A DNA stretch of 63,995 nucleotides, the filler included, from an uncultured Methanosarcinales archaeon (GTDB lineage: Archaea > Nanobdellota > Nanobdellia > Woesearchaeales > CAYZNE01): the NCBI GenBank assembly GCA_964405295.1. It is 12 parts of 12 records of this genome, joined end to end, with 100 filler letters (N's around TTAATTAATTAA, not from the genome) between each part and the next. Parts side by side here need not be neighbours in the genome. Positions count along the whole stretch, not along the records: positions 5,998 to 11,812 come from CAYONI010000032.1; positions 11,913 to 17,712 come from CAYONI010000033.1; 10 more parts are not named here. The stretch is one strand, 5' to 3'. Of the stretch, positions 9,945-17,812 are shown piece after piece. Position 1 is the stretch's first letter, and each line of letters starts with the position of its first letter. The translations under genes were made by a program, and so were the position numbers. Under the pieces are notes generated by a model. The model worked only from the letters and a program-made list of their open reading frames with translations, had not been told where the DNA came from and ran no database searches.

Positions 9945-10072
9945 GTAAATAAAAAAGCCCTAAAAGGGCTTAGATAAATTGTAGATGATGGCTCCGGGAA
10001 GAATTGAACCTTCGACACATGGATTTTCAATCCAAAACTGCTACAAAAAAGAGACAAAAATGTCTCTTTTTT
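9945..10072 (-). repeat. tRNA-Phe-derived att-like repeat R3
   Basis: tRNA half at 9986-10033 (CCA mutated to TCA, T-stem degenerate) with the same two hairpin arms. Confidence 0.9.
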
Positions 10073-10094
10073 GTATTTATATTGTAGTAAATTT

Positions 10095-10699
10095 TCAATT
10101 TATAGTTAAATTAAACATTGTCAAAATGTTTTGTCCGAATTGACTATTTGATATGCATGATATTCCACCAGCATTACCTTTAAGAAACACTTCGCTCATC
10201 TTTTCAGGAGATATCTTTAGCCACGAACTAATCAGATATCCGATTACTACTCCATGAGAAACAATAACAATATCTTTTGATCTATTTATAAGGAAGCATT
10301 CAATAAAAGATTCCATTCTTTGATATAGTTCTCTTGGTGTTTCCGCACCATTCCATAATGGTTTATCAACTTGAAGAGCATTTGAGTCGAATAGTTTGTT
10401 TTTACTGGCCCATTCATAGTTTTATTTGCAGCTTCCCCATTATTGATTTCTCTTAATAATTCAGTATCAGTAATCTTAATTCCGAATCTTTCACTAATAT
10501 ACTCCGCTGTCATAAATGCTCGTTTTAGATCTGAGCTATAAAGTACAAAATCACTTAGTCCCAGGTTTTCAATCTCTTCAGCAACTGCTTTAGATTGATT
10601 TATCCCTAACTCAGTTAATGGTGTATCCGTCCAACCACCTGTTAACTCATTAATGTGATGTTCTGATTGACAATGCTGAATGATATATATTTTACACAT
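10095..10699 (-). pseudogene. histidine phosphatase (PGM) family, frameshifted near 10413
   Basis: N-half IIQHCQS..GGWTDTPLTELG..SSDLKRA..LREIN and C-half IVIVSHG lie in different frames; adding one base restores M-E-W-A..GAETP. Confidence 0.8.
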
Positions 10700-10785
10700 G
10701 CTAATCAACCCCTTTAGCTTTCATAGAAATATTATAACATATCAATAATAAAAGTACTTCTTCTTTCAAAATAGCACAAAATCAA

Positions 10786-10884
10786 GTAAATAAAAAAGCC
10801 TCAAAAAGGCTTAAATAAGATGTAGATGGTGGCTCCGGGCGGAATTGAACCATCGACACATGGATTTTCAATCCAAAATTGCAA
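10786..10884 (-). repeat. tRNA-Phe-derived att-like repeat R4 (GAGAC hairpin arm deleted)
   Basis: tRNA half at 10827-10874; terminator hairpin AAGCCT/AGGCTT present. Confidence 0.9.
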
Positions 10885-10950
10885 CTTGTTACTAAATGTA
10901 TATATACCCCTTTATAATAAAAGCAATAAACTGTATAATAATATCAAGAG

Positions 10951-11517
10951 GTGATAATAATGAAAATATTGACTTTATACTATTCAAAATCAGGAAATAC
11001 AAAAAAAATTGCAGAAGCAATTCATAATATTGCATCAATTAATAATGAAGCATCTTTAAAGTCATTAAAAGAAATAAATGATACTGATTTAAACAACTAT
11101 GATTTTATATTCTTAGGAGCACCTTGTCATCACTCAACACTAGCCAAAGTAATACTTTCATATATCGAAAAAATACCTTATAAGCCGTCATTTAAACTAG
11201 CTGGGTTTTATACACACTCAACAGTACATGCTGATGGAACAGAACGCAATGATTATCTCTTTAATAAATGGGCAGGTCGTTCCAAAAAAGCGTTTGATAA
11301 TTTAGCTAAAGAAAAAGAAATTGAATTACTAGGACAGTTCCACTGTCAAGGTAGTGCCAGTTTCTTAATTGAGAAGTTCATAAGATCACAAATTATAAAA
11401 AATAAAGCTGAATGGGTTCCTTATCGAAAAGAAATGAGATTACATCCTACTAATGAAGATATAGAAAATGCCAAAGAATTCGCAAAAATGATTATTATTA
11501 AAGCAGATATCTCATAG
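10951..11517 (+). CDS. flavodoxin family protein
   Basis: YYSKSGNTKKIAEAI FMN loop; YDFIFLGAP; HPTNEDIENAKEF; hairpin terminator ~11550-11577. Confidence 0.85.
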   Translation: MIIMKILTLYYSKSGNTKKIAEAIHNIASINNEASLKSLKEINDTDLNNYDFIFLGAPCHHSTLAKVILSYIEKIPYKPSFKLAGFYTHSTVHADGTERNDYLFNKWAGRSKKAFDNLAKEKEIELLGQFHCQGSASFLIEKFIRSQIIKNKAEWVPYRKEMRLHPTNEDIENAKEFAKMIIIKADIS

Positions 11518-11659
11518 GATTTGAAATTATCGCAAATAGAATAAAGAAAAAAGTACATGATTAATTCATGTACTTTTAATTTTTTTCAGTGATTTCTTTT
11601 ACAATACATTCAACATATTACTACAAATAGCTAGTCACATATACCCCGAACAAAAAAAG

Positions 11660-11812
11660 ATAAATATAAACCCCTCAAAAAGGCTTAGATAAGATGTTGA
11701 TGGTGGCTCCGGGCTGAATTGAACCGTCGACACATTGATTTTCAATCCAAAACTGCAACAAAAAAGAGACATTTCAGTCTCTTTTTACTTTGCAATACCT
11801 TGTAATACGGCT
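11660..11812 (-). repeat. tRNA-Phe-derived att-like repeat R5 (contig ends in its arm)
   Basis: tRNA half at 11701-11748, hairpin 11760-11786, extended arm similar to R1. Confidence 0.9.
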
Positions 11813-11912
11813 NNNNNNNNNNNNNNNNNNNNNNNNNNNNNNNNNNNNNNNNNNNNTTAATTAATTAANNNNNNNNNNNNNNNNNNNNNNNNNNNNNNNN
11901 NNNNNNNNNNNN

Positions 11913-11968
11913 AACACAAAACAACTTATTCGCTTGCTATCCAGCAAGCTCATTTGGGACACACCCGA
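11913..11968. mobile_element. probable IS/MITE end (inverted-repeat partner of 17660-17675)
   Basis: TTTGGGACACACCCGA at 11953-11968 is the exact reverse complement of 17660-17675; both lie within ~55 nt of the contig ends. Confidence 0.55.
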
Positions 11969-12072
11969 TAAGATTGAAGGCTTTTATAGTTTTTTTTAAG
12001 AATTAGAAAATAAAAGAAAAAGAAATAAAAATGCTCAATAATCAAATAAATTATTGGCGCTGTTAAATGGAG

Positions 12073-13239
12073 TTAATTTAGCGCTTTTATTTGATCAAAA
12101 CCTTTAAGCCCATTATTTTGAAATAATACAAATCTTCGATTTATAATATCTCCATTTTCATTAACGTATGTTTCTTTATTTGTTGAGCCTTCAAAATATG
12201 AATCTCTCATGTTGTCTACCATGCACTGTTTTGAAAATTCATCACATTTGTCTAGTTTCGATGTGAAAGCCTCAAGTGTATCATATACTTGTTGTACAAA
12301 GACACTATCCTTTAATTCAGGGTGTTCTAGCACTAGGTCTTTTCTCCATTTTTCTGCGTTTGCTGAATCTGTTAGTTCGTCAATTGCAAAATCTGCTGTA
12401 TAAATGTTGATATTGTATTCCTCGAAGTCTGGAATCATTTTGTCCATTGTGTTCAAATTTACACTATCCTTTCCATTCAATAAATAGATATCAAGGCCCT
12501 CATAGTTTCTTTCAATTAATTGTTTGAAAACATTAGTTGCCATGAAGTCATACGTGCTCATTGTCATACATTTTATATTTTCATTTTTCATTTTTGCTAT
12601 TAACGTATTGTAATCTTTTTCTCCAACATTTACTATGTCTTTTCCTATTTCTGCATCTAAGTTGTCATTTAGTGTTTTAAAACTAGGTTCTGCTAATGGA
12701 ACATTTACTGAATGAAATGTAATTTTTTCACATTTTTCATTTTCCTTTATTTCTTGGCTTATTAGTTTTATAGCATATTGAAGTTCTGAGTTTGCTCCAT
12801 TGAAGATATATTCTTGTTTTGATGCATATTCGGAATCATAATTATTTGCTAATAGGATTATTTCTTTGTTTTTTGCAAATTCTTCAAGAGCCATTGATGG
12901 TCCGCTAAATGGAACAAAAAATACTTCAACTCCCTCTGCTTTCATTTTTTGAACTATAGATACTGTTTCTTTAGGATCCATTTTATTATCTTCGATAATC
13001 AGTTTAATTTTGGTCCCTTCTTTGTTAATGTTTGTTTCATATTCTAAAGCTGCTTTTCTGTATATGTCTCCATAGGCAGCTCCTGCTCCAGTTAAGGGTA
13101 GTAATACTCCGATTTCTACAACTTCTTGTGTTTCATCTTGTGTTCCATCTGTTGTGTTACCACATCCAGTTAAGATTGTGCTCATTATGATTATGCTCAT
13201 TATTAATAGTGTTAGAATTGCGTTTTTTGTTTTATTCAT
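12073..13239 (-). CDS. livK: branched-chain amino acid ABC transporter substrate-binding lipoprotein
   Basis: Lipobox LTGC; IGVLLPLTGAGAAYG; LIIEDNKMDP; operon context. Confidence 0.85.
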   Translation of the reverse strand: MNKTKNAILTLLIMSIIIMSTILTGCGNTTDGTQDETQEVVEIGVLLPLTGAGAAYGDIYRKAALEYETNINKEGTKIKLIIEDNKMDPKETVSIVQKMKAEGVEVFFVPFSGPSMALEEFAKNKEIILLANNYDSEYASKQEYIFNGANSELQYAIKLISQEIKENEKCEKITFHSVNVPLAEPSFKTLNDNLDAEIGKDIVNVGEKDYNTLIAKMKNENIKCMTMSTYDFMATNVFKQLIERNYEGLDIYLLNGKDSVNLNTMDKMIPDFEEYNINIYTADFAIDELTDSANAEKWRKDLVLEHPELKDSVFVQQVYDTLEAFTSKLDKCDEFSKQCMVDNMRDSYFEGSTNKETYVNENGDIINRRFVLFQNNGLKGFDQIKALN

Positions 13240-13299
13240 TTTTATAAACCTCTTTTCTTTACTAATATTGATAACTTATTTTATAAATTTTTCTAATAT

Positions 13300-14004
13300 T
13301 TATCTTCCACCAAAATATATTTCTTTAATTTTTTTATTTTCTAGAATATCTTTGCCACCTTCTAGTTTAATTTTTCCATCTTCTAATATATAGGTTCTAT
13401 GAGAAATAGAAACTGCTTGTTTTGCATTCTGTTCTACTATCATTATAGTCATTCCTTCTTTATTTAATTCTTGTATTATTTTAAATATGTGTTTCATAGT
13501 TTTAGGGTCTAATCCTAAAGATGGCTCGTCCAATAATAATAGTTTAGGTTCATGCATTAAGCTTCTTGCAATAGCTAAGATTTGTTGTTGTCCACCAGAT
13601 AGGGTGTAAGCTAATTTATTTTGTCTTTCTTTTAGTATTGGAAATCTGTCAAACACTTCTTTTATTTTAATTTTTACATGGTCTTTATTGTGAAAGGTGT
13701 ATAATCCCATTTCTAAATTTTCTTTCACTGTCAGATCTGAGAACACAAGCCTCCCTTGAGGGACAAAGCTTATGCCTTCTATTATTAAATTGTGAGTTGG
13801 TAATTTTGTAATATTGTTTTTGTTGAATATAATTTTTCCAGAATAAATATCACAAAGATTAAATATACTTTTTAGAAGTGTTGACTTTCCTGCTCCATTA
13901 GGTCCAATAAATGAAACTATTTCACCTGGTTTAATGTGAACATTCACATTTTCTAATATGTGCATTCCACCATATCCTGCGTTTAAGTTTTTTATTGTTA
14001 ACAT
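13300..14004 (-). CDS. livF: branched-chain amino acid ABC transporter ATPase
   Basis: GPNGAGKST, VPQGRLVF, LSGGQQQ, LLLDEPSLGL, IVEQN. Confidence 0.93.
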   Translation of the reverse strand: MLTIKNLNAGYGGMHILENVNVHIKPGEIVSFIGPNGAGKSTLLKSIFNLCDIYSGKIIFNKNNITKLPTHNLIIEGISFVPQGRLVFSDLTVKENLEMGLYTFHNKDHVKIKIKEVFDRFPILKERQNKLAYTLSGGQQQILAIARSLMHEPKLLLLDEPSLGLDPKTMKHIFKIIQELNKEGMTIMIVEQNAKQAVSISHRTYILEDGKIKLEGGKDILENKKIKEIYFGGR

Positions 14005-14742
14005 CTAATCACCCAAATAAGCTTCTAAAACCTTTTTGTTCTTCTTAATCTGTGCAGGTGTTCCTTCTGCAATAACTTTACCTTCATCCATTACGATTAT
14101 GTGGTCTGAGATATTTAATGTAAAATACATGTCGTGTTCTATTAGCAAAATTGTTTCTCCTTGTTTTTTTAGAATACTTAAAATTTTCATTATGTCTTTT
14201 CTAATTTTTGGATTAACTCCTGCAACTGGTTCGTCTAAAATTAATATTTTATGCGGGAGAATTATAGCTCTTGCTAATTCTACTAATCTTTTCTGACCAA
14301 AACTTAAGTCTCCTGCAATATGATTCTTCATCTTAGTTATATTCAATAATTTTAATACATCAGTAATCTTTTCCTCAAATAATTTTTTATTCTTATTCGG
14401 ATAAAGTAAATTGTTCCAGAATTGAGTATTATCTTTATTAATCGATATAAGTAGATTTTCTTTTACTGTTAAGTTATTAAACAATCTTGATTTTTGAAAT
14501 ACTCTGCTCAATCCCAGTTTGGATATTTGATATGGTTTTAACTCAGTTATATCTTGGCTTGATAGAAATATTTTCCCTTTGTCTTTTTTTTCAAATCCTG
14601 AAATAAGATTGAAAACTGTTGATTTCCCTGCTCCATTTGGTCCAATGAGCGCAGTTATTTTGTTATCAGAGAGTTTAAAACTACATCCATCTACTGCTTT
14701 TATTCCTCCAAAATATTTTTTTAAGTTTTTTATTTCTAACAT
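14005..14742 (-). CDS. livG: branched-chain amino acid ABC transporter ATPase
   Basis: FGGIKAV, GPNGAGKST, LSFGQKRLVELARA, LDEPVAG, IEHDM, VLEAYLG. Confidence 0.93.
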   Translation of the reverse strand: MLEIKNLKKYFGGIKAVDGCSFKLSDNKITALIGPNGAGKSTVFNLISGFEKKDKGKIFLSSQDITELKPYQISKLGLSRVFQKSRLFNNLTVKENLLISINKDNTQFWNNLLYPNKNKKLFEEKITDVLKLLNITKMKNHIAGDLSFGQKRLVELARAIILPHKILILDEPVAGVNPKIRKDIMKILSILKKQGETILLIEHDMYFTLNISDHIIVMDEGKVIAEGTPAQIKKNKKVLEAYLGD

Positions 14743-14743
14743 T

Positions 14744-15616
14744 TTAGTTTAACACGACTTTTCCAAAGAATCCTTTTGGTTGATATATTAGGATAATAAT
14801 TAAGATTAGTGCATAAATAATTTGTCTTGCGGGTCCTAGAATTGATGAAGGCATGCCTACAAATCTTAATATTTCTGGTATTATAACAAGGATGATGGTT
14901 GCAAAAAATGTCCCTTTAAGTGAGGCCAAACCTCCAATAATTATCATGCATACGATAGGGATAATCATCATCATTGCAAATGAAGAAGGATCAATAAAAG
15001 TTATGTAGTGAGCATAAAGACTTCCTGCAATTCCCGCAAAGAATGCAGATATCATTAATCCTATCGTTTTTATTTTGAAAGTATTTTTTCCAAGAGCCTT
15101 AGCTGCATCCTCATCGTCTCTTGTTGCTTGCAGCAGGTTTCCAAACGGGCTTTTAACAATTTTATGTAATATAGAATAAGTTAATCCTGTAATAACTAAC
15201 GCAAGAATAAGAAAAGATAAATTATTACTTATTTTTAGACCAAAAATTATTGGTTTGGTTATTCCGGGTATTCCTAGTGGCCCTTTTGTTAATGAATTCC
15301 AGTTAAGCATAAGGGCATATATAACAAAAGAAAATCCCATTGTTGCAAGTGCCAAATAATCTCCTTTTAGTCTATTCGTAGGTATTGATAATAAGTATGC
15401 AAAAAACATTGGGATAATCCCTGCACATAGTAATGCTATTATCCAAGGAACACCTTGCATTGTCAATAATGCAGAAGTGTATGCTCCTATTCCAAAGAAT
15501 GCAATATGTCCAAAATTTAATAATCCTGCATAACCGATAGATATTTGTAAAGATAGGGCTAAAACTAAGTCAATACATATAATAATTGCAACGTGTATTA
15601 GGTATGCTGATATCAT
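14744..15616 (-). CDS. livM: branched-chain amino acid ABC transporter permease
   Basis: GYAGLLNFGHIAFFGIGAY, RLKGDYLALAT, ATRDDEDAA. Confidence 0.92.
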   Translation of the reverse strand: MISAYLIHVAIIICIDLVLALSLQISIGYAGLLNFGHIAFFGIGAYTSALLTMQGVPWIIALLCAGIIPMFFAYLLSIPTNRLKGDYLALATMGFSFVIYALMLNWNSLTKGPLGIPGITKPIIFGLKISNNLSFLILALVITGLTYSILHKIVKSPFGNLLQATRDDEDAAKALGKNTFKIKTIGLMISAFFAGIAGSLYAHYITFIDPSSFAMMMIIPIVCMIIIGGLASLKGTFFATIILVIIPEILRFVGMPSSILGPARQIIYALILIIILIYQPKGFFGKVVLN

Positions 15617-16488
15617 TTTTTAATTCCTTTTTTAATTCCTAAAAGTCCATCTGGTTTAAATAATAAAAATATGAATAATAATCCGAATGCGATTGCATCT
15701 TTATATCCTGAGGGCAAAAACCATATTCCAAAATTCTCAACAATTCCAAGTAAAAATGCGCCTAATATTGCCCCTGGCACAGATGAAACTCCGCCAATAA
15801 TTGCGCCGGTAAATCCTTTTATCATTAAGTTAGATCCCATTGAGGGTTCAAGGTTTTGTTCCAAAGCTACTAGTATTCCTGCAATCCCTGCAATTGCTGA
15901 ACCAATAATAAAGCTATAATTATAGATTTTCTTAGTATTAATTCCTAAAACTTCAGATAAGTTTTTATCATCAGAAACTGCTCGCATAGCTTTTCCTAGA
16001 GAGCTATTTTTCATTAACCACAGTAAGAAACCAAGTAATAGGATTGCAGTTATAATTATTACAATTTGTAAAGGTGTTATTATTGCACCAAAAAGAGAAA
16101 TTCCTTTTGCGACTTTCAAGAATCCTATTGTTTTTGCATCTGCACTAAAAATTAGCAAGACCAGTGATTCTATTAGAATTAATAGTCCAACGCTGGCTAT
16201 GAGCATTATGGTTGGGCTGGCTTTTCTTTCTCTTAATTTTGCATAAACAATATAATTGAGTAGTAATCCAACGAGAGCAGTGCTTATTATCGTTAGTATT
16301 ACTGATATCCAAAAATTTATCCCTATTAATGAATAAAATAAGTAAAGTAGATATCCACCTGCAACTATAACTGAGCCATGAGCAAAATGAACAAATTTAT
16401 TTGTTTTATAGATTAAAGAGAATCCTGCTGCAATAAGTGCATAGATTGCACCGGCAATCAATCCATTAGCTAATAGTTGCATAAACAT
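15613..16488 (-). CDS. livH: branched-chain amino acid ABC transporter permease
   Basis: QLLANGLIAGAIYAL, HFAHG, LGKAMRAVSDD, KPDGLLG. Confidence 0.92.
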   Translation of the reverse strand: MFMQLLANGLIAGAIYALIAAGFSLIYKTNKFVHFAHGSVIVAGGYLLYLFYSLIGINFWISVILTIISTALVGLLLNYIVYAKLRERKASPTIMLIASVGLLILIESLVLLIFSADAKTIGFLKVAKGISLFGAIITPLQIVIIITAILLLGFLLWLMKNSSLGKAMRAVSDDKNLSEVLGINTKKIYNYSFIIGSAIAGIAGILVALEQNLEPSMGSNLMIKGFTGAIIGGVSSVPGAILGAFLLGIVENFGIWFLPSGYKDAIAFGLLFIFLLFKPDGLLGIKKGIKK

Positions 16489-16586
16489 ATACTGTTATTT
16501 GGAAGTATCATTTATAAAAATTATTGAAAAGTTAGTTTTTTATTTCATTAAATAAATTTTTAAATATCATTTACCAATATTAAGAT

Positions 16587-17621
16587 ATGGCATTAACTAA
16601 CTTAAAATTCAAATATAGTATGGATGACGTGACAAGTTTTGCACTAAACTCCGGATTAGATTCTTTTTTTCTTAAGGTTGCAATTTTAAAGTATGATTTT
16701 TTTAATAAGTTTAGTTTCGAGGGTATGACTTTCGAGAATATATCAGATAACTTTGAAATAGGCAAAAGGGAGTTAAGTGCTATATTGCCTTTATTTATAA
16801 CTATGGGGTTCTTAGATTATAAAAAAGATAAATATTTTCTAACTAAATTTTCAAAAGAACATTTATTGGAATCCTCACCAAAAGATATGTCTAATTTTAT
16901 TAACCTTAGAAGTAAGTTCTACCCTGATAGCATAACATTTGATATGGTTTTAAGTGTTCTGAAAACAGGTAATCCTTTTAGTTATATGAAGGGTGAAGGG
17001 AAATGGTCTGAGAGTATTGCTAATAATAAAGAAATGGCAAGAATATTTACTAGTGGGATGAATAGTAGAGGTGTCTTCCTTGCGAGTAAGCTTGTTAATA
17101 AAATTGGGATTTCTTCGAGTAAATCTTTATTGGATATTGGAGGAAGTTCGGGGATATATTCATGTTTCTTAAAAGAAAAATTCAAAAATTTAAAAGTTGA
17201 TGTTTTGGAACTTCCAACAGTTGCAGAAAATACTCGTATTTCTCTTAAGTCAAAAGGATTTGATTCTAAAGTTGGAGTTATTGAGGGTGATATGTTTACT
17301 TTTAATTCTGAAGAAAAATATGATGTTCATATGTATTCAAATGTTCTTCATGATTGGAGTTATCATAATGTAAAAAAGCTTATTGCTCATAGTTATGAAA
17401 ATCTACCATTGAATGGTAAGATCGTAATTCATGATGGTCATCTTAATCTGGGTAAAAATGCTAAAAGTTTAATGCATAACAATTTAACTTTAATTATATT
17501 TACAGAAGGAAGGTATTACTATTATCATGAGATAAGAAGGCTCTTAACTGAAACAGGGTTTAAAAAAATTAAAATTAAAAAAACTGTTGGTGGGCGAAGT
17601 CTTATAGTAGCTATAAAATAG
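16587..17621 (+). CDS. SAM-dependent O-methyltransferase (Methyltransf_2, dimerisation domain)
   Basis: LLDIGGSSG, VLELP, GDMF, SNVLHDWS. Confidence 0.88.
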   Translation: MALTNLKFKYSMDDVTSFALNSGLDSFFLKVAILKYDFFNKFSFEGMTFENISDNFEIGKRELSAILPLFITMGFLDYKKDKYFLTKFSKEHLLESSPKDMSNFINLRSKFYPDSITFDMVLSVLKTGNPFSYMKGEGKWSESIANNKEMARIFTSGMNSRGVFLASKLVNKIGISSSKSLLDIGGSSGIYSCFLKEKFKNLKVDVLELPTVAENTRISLKSKGFDSKVGVIEGDMFTFNSEEKYDVHMYSNVLHDWSYHNVKKLIAHSYENLPLNGKIVIHDGHLNLGKNAKSLMHNNLTLIIFTEGRYYYYHEIRRLLTETGFKKIKIKKTVGGRSLIVAIK

Positions 17622-17659
17622 GAAGGTTGATTGTGCATAATAATTTACTCTTTTTTATT

Positions 17660-17712
17660 TCGGGTGTGTCCCAAAAGGTATAAAAAGGTATACTGGCTAA
17701 ATATTCTTATGA
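17660..17712. mobile_element. probable IS/MITE end (GGGTGTGTCCCAAA...)
   Basis: 16-bp perfect inverted repeat with 11953-11968; contig breaks 37 nt later. Confidence 0.55.
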
Positions 17713-17812
17713 NNNNNNNNNNNNNNNNNNNNNNNNNNNNNNNNNNNNNNNNNNNNTTAATTAATTAANNNNNNNNNNNNNNNNNNNNNNNNNNNNNNNN
17801 NNNNNNNNNNNN

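Noticed and set aside
5998..11812. CRISPR array interpretation of the repeats
   Set aside because: Repeats are ~125 bp and the intervals are 0.7-2.5 kb and gene-containing; no cas genes.
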